Of a stretch of DNA of 64,000 nucleotides, positions 37,620 through 48,556 are shown one piece after another. The stretch comes from an uncultured delta proteobacterium (GTDB taxonomy: Bacteria > Myxococcota_A > Polyangia > Polyangiales > B10-G4), in contig CAVSGI010000027.1 of assembly GCA_963727445.1 (NCBI GenBank), forward strand, positions 192,001 to 256,000, given 5' to 3'. The position numbers and the translations under genes were made by a program. Under the pieces are notes generated by a model. It ran no database searches and was not told the DNA's origin. It saw only the letters and a list, made by a program, of their open reading frames with translations. How positions within the stretch are numbered: position 1 is the first letter of the stretch; each line of letters starts with the position of its first letter.

Positions 37620-39012
37620 AGTAGCGTCCGTCAAGGTGGTGTAAGAGGCCACCGCGTCATCGTGGGCTAAGCGGTCATCGGCAGCGTCGGCTCCTCCGTG
37701 TCGTCGTTCGGCTTCCGGACCAAGTCCTCGAGAGAGCCGATGGTGAGGTAGCGCCTCATGATGGCCCACTCGTCGTGCTGCTCCGCCAAGACGGAACCGA
37801 GCAGACGAATGACAGAGTCGCGGTTGGGGAAGATGCCGACGACGTCGCTGCGGCGCCTGAGTTCCTTGTTCAGTCGTTCCTGCGGGTTGTTGCTCCACAC
37901 GCGACGCCAGTGCGCCTCCGGGAAGCTCGTGAAGGCGAGCAGCTCCGGCGCGGCCTCGTCGAGGAGCTTCGCCGCGTCGCCGAAGCGCTCCTCGAGCTTG
38001 GAGACGACCTCGCTGTGCTGCGCCCAGACGGCGTCGGCGTTCGGCTGCTGGAAGATGCTGCGCACGAGCGTGGCGACGAGGCCCTGCGCGCTCTTCGGCA
38101 CGCGCGTCAGCAGGTTCCGCATGAAGTGCGTCTTGCATCGCTGCCACGACGCGCCCGGGAGCACGGCGCCGACGGCGGCCTTCAGCCCCTCGTGCGCGTC
38201 GCTCACGACGAGCTTGACGCCGCTGAGACCTCGCGCGACGAGACCGCGAAGAAACGTCGTCCACGACGCTCCGTCCTCGACCGTGACGACGTCGACACCG
38301 AGCACCTCGCGGTGACCGTCGGCGTTCACGCCCGTCGCGACGACGACCGCGACATTGACGATGCGGCCGAGCTCGCGGCTCTTGACGCACATCGCGTCGA
38401 GCCAGACGTACGGGTACGCCTCCGCATCCAGCGGCCGATTGCGGAACGCATCGACCTGCTCGTCGAGGCTCTTCGCGAGCTCGCTCACCTGCGACTTGCT
38501 GATGCCCTCGATGCCGAGCTGCTTCACGATGGCGTCGACTTTCCGCGTCGAGACGCCCTGCACCCACGTCTCGGCGATGACCGCTATCAGCGCCTTCTCG
38601 CTCCGCTTGCGCGGCTCGAGCAGCCAGTCCGGGTAGTAGCTCCCCTTGCGCAGCTTCGGAATCGCGAGGTCGATGCTGCCGACCCGTGTGTCCCACCGGC
38701 GCCGGCGGAAACCGTTGCGCTGATTCGTCCGCTCCTCGCTCCGCACGCCCCACGGCGCGTTGCACAACCCCTCGGCCTCCATCTCCATCAGCGCCTCGGC
38801 CATGAACTGCACCATCGACCGGAGCTGGTCGCCGTCCGCTGCTTCGAGGTGCTTGCGCATCAGCGCCACTGCATCCATCGTCTTCTTCGTCTCGGTCATC
38901 GTCGTCCTCCTCGTTGGTTCGCAACTCGAAGATGACGCGATGGCCGAGACGTTAATAGGTCTCAGGCTTGATCACTCGTGCCTGCTCTTACACCACGCGA
39001 TTGGACGTTACC
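37620..39012 (-). mobile_element. IS256-family insertion sequence (1393 bp)
   Basis: 28-bp imperfect terminal IRs (AGTAGCGTCC...GTGGTGTAAGAG and CTCTTACACCAC...GGACGTTACC); 8-bp target duplication CGAAGCTC at 37612-37619 and 39013-39020. Confidence 0.93.
37667..38899 (-). CDS. IS256-family (Mutator) transposase
   Basis: RNGFR, PKLRKGSY, GVSTRKV, WLDA, VSDAHEGL, QRCKTHF, NNPQERLNKELRRR. Confidence 0.96.
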   Translation of the reverse strand: MTETKKTMDAVALMRKHLEAADGDQLRSMVQFMAEALMEMEAEGLCNAPWGVRSEERTNQRNGFRRRRWDTRVGSIDLAIPKLRKGSYYPDWLLEPRKRSEKALIAVIAETWVQGVSTRKVDAIVKQLGIEGISKSQVSELAKSLDEQVDAFRNRPLDAEAYPYVWLDAMCVKSRELGRIVNVAVVVATGVNADGHREVLGVDVVTVEDGASWTTFLRGLVARGLSGVKLVVSDAHEGLKAAVGAVLPGASWQRCKTHFMRNLLTRVPKSAQGLVATLVRSIFQQPNADAVWAQHSEVVSKLEERFGDAAKLLDEAAPELLAFTSFPEAHWRRVWSNNPQERLNKELRRRSDVVGIFPNRDSVIRLLGSVLAEQHDEWAIMRRYLTIGSLEDLVRKPNDDTEEPTLPMTA

Positions 39013-39246
39013 CGAAGCTCTCACAGCGACGGCGGTGGCGTGCGCGGCTGCGGAGACGCGCCCGGCATCTTCGACAGGGATCCGCCGCCTCCTACCTCGC
39101 CGCAGGCACGTCATGACGCCGCATCCTGGTGATCAGCGCGCAGCAGCCGCGCACGCCGCCGACGTCATCATCCCCGTCTCTTGCCCCCCACCCTCAGGTC
39201 CCCCGAGCGTCAGGTTCAATCGCAGCTGAGCCGACTCAGGATCCTG

Positions 39247-39393
39247 GGCGGGGGTGGGGGGTGCCACCCGCGCAGACGGCGTAATTGCCGCGGCGCACCC
39301 ATCCGCCGGCACGCCACCCGACGCGTTGCTCAGCCCCGATCCCGGCCACCCACGTCACTTAGTAGCAAGCGGGTGGCACCCCCCACCCCCGCC
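39247..39393. repeat. Perfect 25-bp inverted repeat pair (REP-like)
   Basis: GGCGGGGGTGGGGGGTGCCACCCGC at 39247-39271 and its reverse complement at 39369-39393. Confidence 0.85.
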
Positions 39394-39420
39394 AGCATCC
39401 GGAGCTCACCACCGTTGACG

Positions 39421-40863
39421 CTACCAGCCCGCCGTCTCACACGCAGATAGCGCCCGCGGAAACCGCGCCGCCCACGCCGCTTCGTCGTGCATCGCGTCCG
39501 GCTCCCACCAGTGGAAGAGGTCCGTGTCGAAGACGTAGCCCTCCCCGGCGAGCACATCACGCAGCTGCGTCGTCTCGCAGTAGTTGTCGAAGTCGTCCCC
39601 CTCTTCCTCGACGCCGTCCCCGTCGGTGTCGACGCAGGTGCCAGTGACGTTGCCGCCGCTGTCGAGGTAGATGGCGACGTCGCCGTGGCCGACCTCGGCG
39701 GGCCAGCGGTTGACGATCGCGTCGCTTCCGTCGAGGGCTGGATTCGCCGCGCCCCAGAAGAGCGTCGAGCTCATCGCGATCACGCAGCGCGTCAGATGCG
39801 GGCGCTCGATGGCGAGCAGGAGGGAGACCAGGCCGCCGAGGCTCGAGCCCCCGACCACGGTCTGCGCCTTCGACGCGGTGAGCCCATAGCGGCTCCGCGC
39901 GAAGGGAAGCGCCTCGTCCTCCAGGAGGGCGAGATAATCGTCCGCGCGGCCGCCCGCGATCGTGGTGCCCATGTCGTCGAGCCAGTCGGGCACCGGCGTG
40001 TATGCGTCGATCCGGTCGTCCACGCTGTCGATCGCCACCACCACCACGTCTTCGTAGCCCGGCGCCGACAGCGCCTCGTCCACGCGCCAACCGCCGAAGG
40101 GCGCGTCCGGGTGGAAGAGGTTCTGCCCGTCGTGCATCAGGAGCACGCGCGCGCTCGCCGCCGCGGCGCTCTCGGGGGCGAAGCCGGCCGGCAGGAGGAA
40201 GCGAATCGTGCGCAACAGCTCGAGGTGCGCGGAGCGAAGCGGGTAGCGCTCGCGGTGCTGGACGCTTCGATCCGGCAGCACCAGCCCGTAGGCGCCGAAG
40301 GTGTCGAAGCCGTAGGCTGTTGCCTCGGGGGGCGGCCGGTAGACGTCGGGCGCGCCGAACCACTTGTAGATGGCGCCCTCGAGGGGGACCGAAGCGTCCG
40401 CCACGTCGAACAGAGCGTAGTAGTGCACCCCGGTGGCGGCCACCGCCGCGGGAGTCGCGCTCTCGTCCCAGTCGTTGATGTCCGAGACCACCGCGACCGA
40501 GGCGGGTGCGTCGTCCCACCGCGTCACGAAGAGGATCCGGCCGTCCTCGACCAGCGGCCAGCGCGCCTCCACCGCCACCGCTTCGAGGGCGGCGTCCACC
40601 GCGTCGATGGAGGCGCTCGCGTCGCCCAGCAGAGCGACGATCGCGTCGATGCGACTCGGGGCCGCAGCGTCGCTCCCATCCGCCGCATCCACAGTGGCGT
40701 CAGCGGCCCCGTCGGCCGCCGCGTCCACCGATCCGTCCGGGACAGCGTCGGGCGCCGCATCCATGGCCGCGTCCGTGGCCCCGCCGTCGGTACGCACGCC
40801 GTCATCGCCGCACGCGGCGACGAGAAGCAGACTCAGCGCGCACATCCGCCGCGCCAGGTCCAC
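39421..40863 (-). CDS. Lipoprotein esterase (alpha/beta hydrolase, Fes/CE1-like)
   Basis: Lipobox VAAC; LLMHDGQNLF, GGSSLGG, IYLDSG, HDEAAWAARFP. Confidence 0.85.
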   Translation of the reverse strand: MDLARRMCALSLLLVAACGDDGVRTDGGATDAAMDAAPDAVPDGSVDAAADGAADATVDAADGSDAAAPSRIDAIVALLGDASASIDAVDAALEAVAVEARWPLVEDGRILFVTRWDDAPASVAVVSDINDWDESATPAAVAATGVHYYALFDVADASVPLEGAIYKWFGAPDVYRPPPEATAYGFDTFGAYGLVLPDRSVQHRERYPLRSAHLELLRTIRFLLPAGFAPESAAAASARVLLMHDGQNLFHPDAPFGGWRVDEALSAPGYEDVVVVAIDSVDDRIDAYTPVPDWLDDMGTTIAGGRADDYLALLEDEALPFARSRYGLTASKAQTVVGGSSLGGLVSLLLAIERPHLTRCVIAMSSTLFWGAANPALDGSDAIVNRWPAEVGHGDVAIYLDSGGNVTGTCVDTDGDGVEEEGDDFDNYCETTQLRDVLAGEGYVFDTDLFHWWEPDAMHDEAAWAARFPRALSACETAGW

Positions 40864-40865
40864 GA

Positions 40866-42263
40866 TCAGTAGTCTTGGTGCGCCAGGGCCCGGTACAAGC
40901 GCGGGTCGTTGATCGCGACCAGGTTGTAGCGGCGCATCAAGAAGAGCACCACGCCGGCATAGGTGCCACCGACGAGGAGCAGGCACGCGATGTCGAGCCA
41001 GTGCGGCGAGAAGGTGTCCGCCGCGTTGGGCATCACGAACCAGTAGACGTCCACCACCTGCATGATCAGCATCCACATCGCGCCGAAGGCGATGAGGGGG
41101 AGGCGGCGCTTCACCACGCGGGAGATGAGGAAGAGGAACGGCAGGGCGAAGTGGCCGAAGATCAGGAAGTAGCTCACACCCTTCCAGCCCGCCGCGTGCC
41201 AGCGCAGGTGGTAGTAGCCGATCTCCTCGGGGATGTTCGCGTACCACTGCAGCATCATCTGGCTGAAGCCGACGTAGGCGTGGAAGACGATGAACCCGAA
41301 GAGCATCTTGCCCAGCGAGTGGTAGTGCTCGACGTTCACCGCGTCACCGAGGAGCCCCTTCGACTTGAGGCCCAGGGACACGACGATGATCAGGGCGTGA
41401 ACCGCGATGGCCGCGCCGGCGAAGACGTAGACGCCGTAGATGGTCGAATACCAGGTGGGCTCGAGGCTCATCACCCAGTCGAAGGCCGCGAAGGTCAGTG
41501 ATCCGCCGAAGAGGACGAGCCCCAGGGGCGCCAGGCTCTGCATGCGACGTGTGTGGGCGAGGGCCTTGTCCTCGTCCTGCTGGGTCGACTCACGGAAGTA
41601 GAAGATCGCGAGGAACATCCAGATCAGGAAATAGAGAACCGCGCGGAATCCCCACCAGAAGTGGCTGAGGTAGCTGGCCTTGTGATTGAGGAGCTCCATG
41701 TGGAGCTGGTGCTCGGGGCTGTGATGCGCGCCCGGCCCATGTTCGCCGTGCTCGGCGCCCTCGTGCTCCGCGCCCGCGGCCTCTGTGGCCGGTGCGTGGT
41801 CCTGGGCGAGCGCGGTGGAAGCGCCGATGAGCGCCTCGGTCGCGCCGAGCTCCTCGTCGGCCTGCGTCTCCTCGAGGCCTGGCTCTTCCTCGTGCGAGGG
41901 TACGTGGGTCGCCCACTCGTAAAGCACGTCCATGTTCATCCACACGGGAACGAAGAGGAGCAGGAACACCGGAACGCCGGCCGCGAAGAACTCCGCGATG
42001 CGGCGCATGGAGACGCTCCAGCCGCTGACCGTCATGAACTGCAGGATCACGAAGAAGATGGAGCCCAGCGCGATCGTCAGACCGGCGAAGAAGGCGAAGA
42101 GGTAGCTGTGGGCGAAGCGGGCCGGGTCGGAGCTCGCGCCCACGAAGGCGCCCGCCGCGCCGATCACGGCGAGGACCGCGGCGATCTTCCAAGCGTTGGC
42201 CCAGAGGTTCCCTTCGGGGATCCGGTAGGCGTTGTCGCCGTCGCTCTTCTTGGCTGAACTCAT
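40866..42263 (-). CDS. actF: Alternative complex III membrane subunit F
   Basis: FAAFDWVMSLEPTWYSTIYG, LGKMLFGF, QWYANIPEE. Confidence 0.88.
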   Translation of the reverse strand: MSSAKKSDGDNAYRIPEGNLWANAWKIAAVLAVIGAAGAFVGASSDPARFAHSYLFAFFAGLTIALGSIFFVILQFMTVSGWSVSMRRIAEFFAAGVPVFLLLFVPVWMNMDVLYEWATHVPSHEEEPGLEETQADEELGATEALIGASTALAQDHAPATEAAGAEHEGAEHGEHGPGAHHSPEHQLHMELLNHKASYLSHFWWGFRAVLYFLIWMFLAIFYFRESTQQDEDKALAHTRRMQSLAPLGLVLFGGSLTFAAFDWVMSLEPTWYSTIYGVYVFAGAAIAVHALIIVVSLGLKSKGLLGDAVNVEHYHSLGKMLFGFIVFHAYVGFSQMMLQWYANIPEEIGYYHLRWHAAGWKGVSYFLIFGHFALPFLFLISRVVKRRLPLIAFGAMWMLIMQVVDVYWFVMPNAADTFSPHWLDIACLLLVGGTYAGVVLFLMRRYNLVAINDPRLYRALAHQDY

Positions 42264-43126
42264 GGCAGCGACTCCTCGACGAGCTCGATGTGCGTCGGAT
42301 GCAGCGACGAGAGGAGCTCTCGGGTCTTGTCGAGATCGAACTTCGGATCGCCCGCCTCGATGGAAATGAAGAACCGGTCGTCCGAGCCGCGCTCGAAACG
42401 CTTCGAATAGAAGATCGGGTGGTGGTGCCGCGGCAGCTTGTTGAGCCCGAGCATGCCGAACACGGCGGTGATGCCCGAGAGGAGCACCGTGCACTCGAAG
42501 AGGATCGGTACCATCGAGGGAATCGACTCGGGCGGCTTACCGCCGATGATGAGCGGATAGTCGATGCCATTCATCCAGAGCATCATCAGGAACGCACCGA
42601 TGAGGCCCGTGGCGCCAGCGCCGAAGACGATCAGCCCCAGCTTCGACTCGGTGAGGCCCATGGCACCGTCCATGCCGTGGATCGGGAACGGGGTGTGGAC
42701 GTCCCACTTGGTGAAACCGGCGTCGCGCACCTTTTCGGCGGCGTGAAGGACGCCGCTGGTGGTGTCGAACTCGGCGAGATAGAGGGCCGGGACCCGATCC
42801 GGATCGTCGGCGTCCGGGCCGTAGGCGCCGGGAGGCACGTGCCCCGGGTCACCGTCATCGTCGTCACGGACATTCGCCCGCGCGACCGGACGCTCGGAAC
42901 GGGGCGGCTCGGACGCTGCGCGCGGAGGCTCGGAAGCGGGCGGGGGCTCGGAAGCCGCGGCTTGCTCCTCGTCGTCCTCTTCCTCGTCGTCCTCTTCCTC
43001 GTCGTCCTCTTCGGCGTCTGCGCCCTCGTCCGAGCCGGAGTCGCTCTCCGTCAAGGCCTCGGACGCCTCGGACTCCTCCGAGCTCGTCTCTTCTTCGTCG
43101 TCCACCTTCTCGTTCTCGTCAACCAT
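42260..43126 (-). CDS. actD: Alternative complex III subunit D (DUF3341) with acidic N-terminal extension
   Basis: HTPFPIHGMDGAMG, DYPLIIGGKP, VPILFECTVL, DRFFISIE. Confidence 0.88.
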   Translation of the reverse strand: MVDENEKVDDEEETSSEESEASEALTESDSGSDEGADAEEDDEEEDDEEEDDEEQAAASEPPPASEPPRAASEPPRSERPVARANVRDDDDGDPGHVPPGAYGPDADDPDRVPALYLAEFDTTSGVLHAAEKVRDAGFTKWDVHTPFPIHGMDGAMGLTESKLGLIVFGAGATGLIGAFLMMLWMNGIDYPLIIGGKPPESIPSMVPILFECTVLLSGITAVFGMLGLNKLPRHHHPIFYSKRFERGSDDRFFISIEAGDPKFDLDKTRELLSSLHPTHIELVEESLP

Positions 43127-43129
43127 GGC

Positions 43130-44576
43130 CTACTCCGCCACCGCAGGGGGAAGCATGCGATCCACCTCGTGACCGGGATCGTCGTGGTGAGGGTCGGCGG
43201 CCGGGAGCGCCATCTTCACTTCCGCGATGGCGATCATCGGGATCCACCGGATGAAGAGGAGGAAGAGCGTGAAGAAGAGGCCGAAGGTGCCGATGTACAG
43301 CAGGATGTCGACCGCCGTCGGGCTGAAGTAGCCCCAGCTCGAAGGCAGGAAGTCGCGATGGAGCGAGGTCGCGATGATCACGAAGCGCTCGAACCACATG
43401 CCGATGTTGATGAGGATCGACGCGATGAACATCCAGGGGATGCTGACGTCCGCAGGCGCTTGAACCAGAACGACTGCGGCACGATGACGTTGCAGGTCAC
43501 CATCGCCCAGTAAGCCCACCAGAGCGAGCCGTCGAAGCCGTCCGCCGTGAGCGCGAGGCGGTTGTATCGGAACACGTGCCACTCGTAGGGGTTGCCCGAG
43601 TACTAGGCGATGAAGAACTCCATCGCGTACGCGTAGCCAACCAGCGTGCCCGTCGCGAGCATGAACTTGTTCATCAAGTCCAGGTGCTTGATCGTGACGA
43701 TGTCCTGCATGCTCGAAGACTGTCGCGGGTGATGAGCAGGAGCGTCAGCACCAGGGCGAAGCCGCTGAAGACGGCGCCGGCGACGAAGTACGGCGGGAAG
43801 ATGGTGGTGTGCCAGCCGGGCAGGACGCTCGTCGCGAAGTCGAAGGAAACGACCGAGTGCACGGAGAGCACCAGGGGCGTCGAGAGAGCGGCCAGGATCA
43901 GGTAGGCGCGCTCGTAGTTGCGCCAGTGACGGTTGCTGCCGCGCCAGCCGAGGGCGAGTGCGCCGTAGATCATCCGGCGGATGGGCGTCTTGCTGCGATC
44001 GCGCAGGGTGGCGAGGTCCGGGATGAGGCCGGTGAACCAGAAGAGCAGCGAGATCGTGAAGTAGGTCCAGACCGCGAAGATGTCCCACATGAGCGGGGAC
44101 TTGAAGTTCGGCCACATGCTCATCTGGTTCGGAACCGGGAACATGTAGTAGTCGAACCACGGGCGGCCGGTGTGGATGCCGGGGAAGAGCCCGGCGCACA
44201 TGACCGCGAAGATGGTCATGGCCTCGGCGAAGCGGTTGATGCTGGTGCGCCACTTCTGCCGGAAGAGGAAGAGGATGGCGCTGATCAGCGTGCCGGCGTG
44301 ACCGATACCGATCCACCAGACGAAGTTGGTGATGTCCCACGCCCACGCGACCGGGCTGTTGTTGCCCCAGGACCCGACGCCCATGGACAGCAGGTATCCG
44401 AGGGCTGCCGTCATGCCGCCGAGCATCGCCAGGGAACCGATGAACAGGATCCACCAACCGCGGGGCGCCTTGTTCTCGGTCACGCGCGCCACCGAGTCGG
44501 TGATGTCCGAGAAAGTCATCTCGGGCGGAAGGAGGTGCGTCTCGCCGATTTCCGCGATGGGCTGGTGCACACTCAT
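43130..44576 (-). CDS. actC: Alternative complex III subunit C (NrfD family); two frameshifts and one in-frame TAG
   Basis: [45 protein letters not shown]; breaks near 43720, 43604 and 43450. Confidence 0.88.
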
Positions 44577-47500
44577 CAGGCCATCTCCGGGTTCGGGTTG
44601 CGAATCTGCCCGAGGAAGGTGGTTCTGGGATGGGTTCCGAGCTCGACCAGCAGCTTGTAGTGGCGGTCGCGCGACTGGAGCTCCGGCAGCCGGGTCGAGG
44701 AGTAGACGGTGTAGCGGATCTCACCGCTCTGGAACGCTTCGTCGTCGACGACGGAGTCCACGTTCTCGACCGGCCCGCGGCCCTCGGGGACGACGCGTTC
44801 CTTCTCGATCCGCACGTCGCGGAGACCGAAGCGCTGGGTGATCTCCTGCGCGCTCATCCCGACGAGCTGCGAGCCCTTTCGCACCAGGTAGGGATAGCCG
44901 TTGAGGCAGCCGAAGAAGATCGCCTTGGCGGGGCAGGTCTGCTGGCAAGCGGTCACGAGCGACCCCTCGGCCATCGGGCGGTCGTCCCGACGCGAGCCGA
45001 TCTTCGCTTCCTCGATGCGCTGCACGCAGTACGTGCACTTCTCCATCACGCCGCGCATGCGGACGGTGACGTTCGGGTTGAACGCCATGCGCCGCGTCTC
45101 GGGGATCCAGCTGTCGGGATCGAGCGCGCGATCGAAGCCAGGGTCCTCGATGTACTCCTGATAGTTCAGGTAGTTGAAGCGGCGAACCTTGTACGGGCAG
45201 TTGTTGGCGCAGTACCGGGTGCCGATGCAGCGGTTGTACGCCATGTCGTTCAGCCCCTCGGGGCTGTGCGTCGGTGGCGTTGACCGGACAGACGTTCTCG
45301 CACGGCGCCTCTTCGCACTGCTGGCAGGCGACGGGCTGGAACGCGATCTGCGGATCGTTCGTGTCGTCGCCGACGAAGTAGCGATCCATGCGGATCCAGT
45401 ACATCTCGCGCCCACGGGCGACCATCCCCTTGCCGACCACCGGGATGTTGTTCTCGGCCTGGCAGGCGATCACGCAGGCATTGCAGCCGGTGCACGCCGT
45501 CAGGTCGATGCTCATGCCCCACTTGTAGCGGCCCTCGTAGTCGACCGTATCCCAGAGCGGCGGGAGGTCCGCCTCCACGGTGCGGTACTGCGGGAACTCC
45601 GGATTGTCGCGGTACTCCTCGAGCGATCCGTCGATGGCCAGGGGCCGGCCGTGCATCGTGCCGTGCTCCTGGGTGCGCACCAAGAACCACTGATCGCCGG
45701 TGCGTTCGAGGCTGACGCCGGGGCGATGCCAGAAGGCGGAGGTGGTGCGGAGCGGACCGAAGTCGAAGCCCTGCCCGTTTCCGTAGTGACCCGCCGCGGT
45801 GCGACCCCAGCCGAGGGGCGCGATGACGGTGTTGTCGGCGACGCCCGGCAGGATGTGCACCGCCGCGCGCACCGTGGTGCCGTCGGCCGTCAGGTGGACG
45901 ACGTCACGGTCGGAGAGCCCGAGCTGCTCCGCCGTCGCGGGCGACAAGAGCGCGGCGTTGTCCCAGACCAGCTTGGTCAGGTTGTCCGGGAGCTCCTGGA
46001 GCCAGAGGTTGTTCGCCCGCGATCCATCGAGGACCTTGCCGCAGGGCACGAAGGCGACCTCGAGAGCATCCGGGGTGGGCATCGCAACGTCTTCGAGCGC
46101 CGAGAGCGCCGCTGCGATCTCGGCGTTCTGCAGCTCGGCTCCTGCCTCCGGGCGGGTGGTGCTGCCTTCGAGAACGCCCGCGTGCAGAAGCGCGCGCCAG
46201 GTCTGGTCGAAGGCCGGGCCTCGGGCCACTTCGTCACGCACCGTGGCACGCACCTGCGCGTGACCGCCGGGGGCGTCGTCGCCGAGGCCGATGGCGAGAA
46301 GCTCGATGATGCTCTTGCCGTCGTAGAGCGGCGCGATCAACGGCTGCTGAACGGAGTACGTCCCGTCCCGCGAGCGGAGATCGCCCCAGGTCTCGAGGAA
46401 GTGCGCCAGCGGCAGGTGCCAGGAGGTCGCCGCGCCGGTCTCACCCACGTGGGTATCGGCGTGGAGGCTGAAGTCGACGCTGGAGATGGCATTGGCGAAG
46501 CCGAGATCCGCCGGCGCGTCGTACACCGGGTTCACGCCGAGGAGCAGGACCGTGCGCGCCTGGGAGAGCGCCGCCGCGAGCTCGCGGAAGGAGCCGAGGT
46601 AATCGCTCACGGCCTGGGAAGCCGGTGCGACCGCCTCTTCGCCCTCGGGCGCCGGGGCCGGAGGCTGGCCCATGTCGTCGGCGACCTGCGTGAACACCAC
46701 GGTGCGGCCCTCGTTGTTGAGGGCGCGGTTGAGCGCATGTGCAAGGGCATGAACCGCCGGCGGCTGGCGCAAGCCGACGACGATGGCCGCCCTGCCCTTG
46801 TTGCCGGCGAGCTCCGAGGCGACCTGGGCGATCCACTTCTCGGGGATGCCGTCGGTGGACGGGGTGCCGATCGCTGCGGTGAGCGTGGGATTGAGCTCGA
46901 CCTCGCCACGCCCCAGGAGCTCCTTGGCGAGCGCCGCGAGGTAGCGACCGACCTGGCTCGAGGCGAGGCGCAGGCGATGGTCTGCGTTGCTGCCCGTGAC
47001 CGTGTGATGCGGCTCCACGACGTAGAGCCGGTTCATGTCGTCCTCAGGGCGCTGCATCTGACGCCCACCCGCGAAGCGCCAGGTGTTCGTGAGCGCGTTC
47101 GGCTCCAGCAGCAGGAAGTCGGAGTCGAGGCTGAGGATCACGCGCGAGCCGCGGAAGTCGGTGTGCTGATTCAGCGGGCGGCCGAAAGCGAGGCGCGTTC
47201 CCTCGCGGTGGTTGGAGTCGGAGACCGACGCCCATGTGTGAAAGCGCGCCTCGGGGAAGCGCTCCATGAAGCGCTTCTTGATGCGGAAGAACGAGGGCGA
47301 GGGAAGCGGAGGCGTCACCACGTGCAGCCCGCGGCCGCCATCGCGGTCGTGGCTGGCGATGCGCGCAGCGAGCGCTTCGGTGGCCTCTTCCCAGCTCTTC
47401 TCCTCGCCGCCGGCAGAGGGCGCCTTGGATTTATCCGGATCGTAGAGATCCATCAGCGACGCCTGCGCCCAGACGTCCGCCGCGCCGTTGGCGGTGGAGG

Positions 47501-47921
47501 GGTGACGGGGGTTGCCCTCGATCTTCGTGGGCCGGCCCTGGTGGCTCGTGACCAGGAGCCCCATCGCGTCGCCGAAACGCTCGGTGACCGTGGCGAAGTG
47601 GAGCGGGACGCCGGGGACGACGTACTCCGGCATCTCCGTGTAGGGCAGGATGTGCTCTTCAGGCCTGCGAATGCAGCCCTCGAGGAGCCCAACGGCCGCC
47701 GTCACCGTCGAGGCGGCGAGGAAACCGCGGCGCCCGACCTTGAGGCGATCGACGCTCAAGAGGTCCTTCGCGAAGCCCTTCCCCTCCGCTTCGGTGTCGG
47801 CGCGGCGGGCGCGCTCTTCGTCGGGCAGCGTGCGCTCATCGAGGCTTCGCCAGATGGGCTTCGCGTCACCGCGCGATTCGGCCGGACTCTGGACCGTGGG
47901 ATATGCGTTTCGGCGGCTCAT
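44576..47921 (-). CDS. actB: Alternative complex III subunit B (molybdopterin-oxidoreductase-like plus Fe-S domain); frameshift near 45270
   Basis: WRSLDE, Tat motif [62 protein letters not shown]. Confidence 0.9.
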
Positions 47922-48556
47922 CGGTGGCACCCACTGCAGTGTTCAGGCGGGTGAAGCGTGCTGACGTCGGCGATCAACTGCTCGTCTTCGGGATCGCCGC
48001 GCTCCCAATCCATGTCGGTCACGAGGTGACGCGGCCGGAGATTGGGCTCGGGGTTGCGATGGCACTCGAGGCACCAACCCATGGCGAGGGGCTCTTGAAC
48101 GCCGACCACCTCCATCCGATCGATGCGCCCGTGACAGGACACGCAGCCGACACCGGCCGCGAGGTGGACGCTGTGGTCGAAGTACGCATGCTCCGGGAGC
48201 TTGTGCACTCGGACCCACTCGATGGGCTCGCCGCTCTCCCAGGACTCGCGCACGGGGGCGAGCAGCGGGGAGTCGGGCTTCACGATCGCGTGGCACCCCA
48301 TACACGTCTGTGTCGGGGGGATCATCGCTTCCTGCGACGACTCCACGCTGGCGTGGCAGTACCGGCAGTCGATGCCCAGCTCGCCCGCGTGTAGCGCGTG
48401 GCTGTACTGGACCGGCTGCTCCGGCTGGTAGCCCACCTGAAGATTCTTCGGAGAGAAGAAGTACCAGAAGACGAAGACCACCGTGCCACCAGCGACCGCA
48501 GCCCCGAGGGCTCCGACGAGGGGTAGGTAGTTCAGCGTGCGGGGAAAGATCTGCAT
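47918..48556 (-). CDS. actA: Alternative complex III pentaheme cytochrome subunit A
   Basis: N-terminal TM; five CxxCH motifs (CRYCH, CMGCH, CVSCH, CLECH, CSGCH). Confidence 0.92.
   Translation of the reverse strand: MQIFPRTLNYLPLVGALGAAVAGGTVVFVFWYFFSPKNLQVGYQPEQPVQYSHALHAGELGIDCRYCHASVESSQEAMIPPTQTCMGCHAIVKPDSPLLAPVRESWESGEPIEWVRVHKLPEHAYFDHSVHLAAGVGCVSCHGRIDRMEVVGVQEPLAMGWCLECHRNPEPNLRPRHLVTDMDWERGDPEDEQLIADVSTLHPPEHCSGCHR

Noticed and set aside
43603..43605. Pyrrolysine or readthrough at the in-frame TAG in actC
   Set aside because: It sits where Trp (IAWYSG, TGG) is expected, flanked by two frameshifts; a sequence error is simpler.
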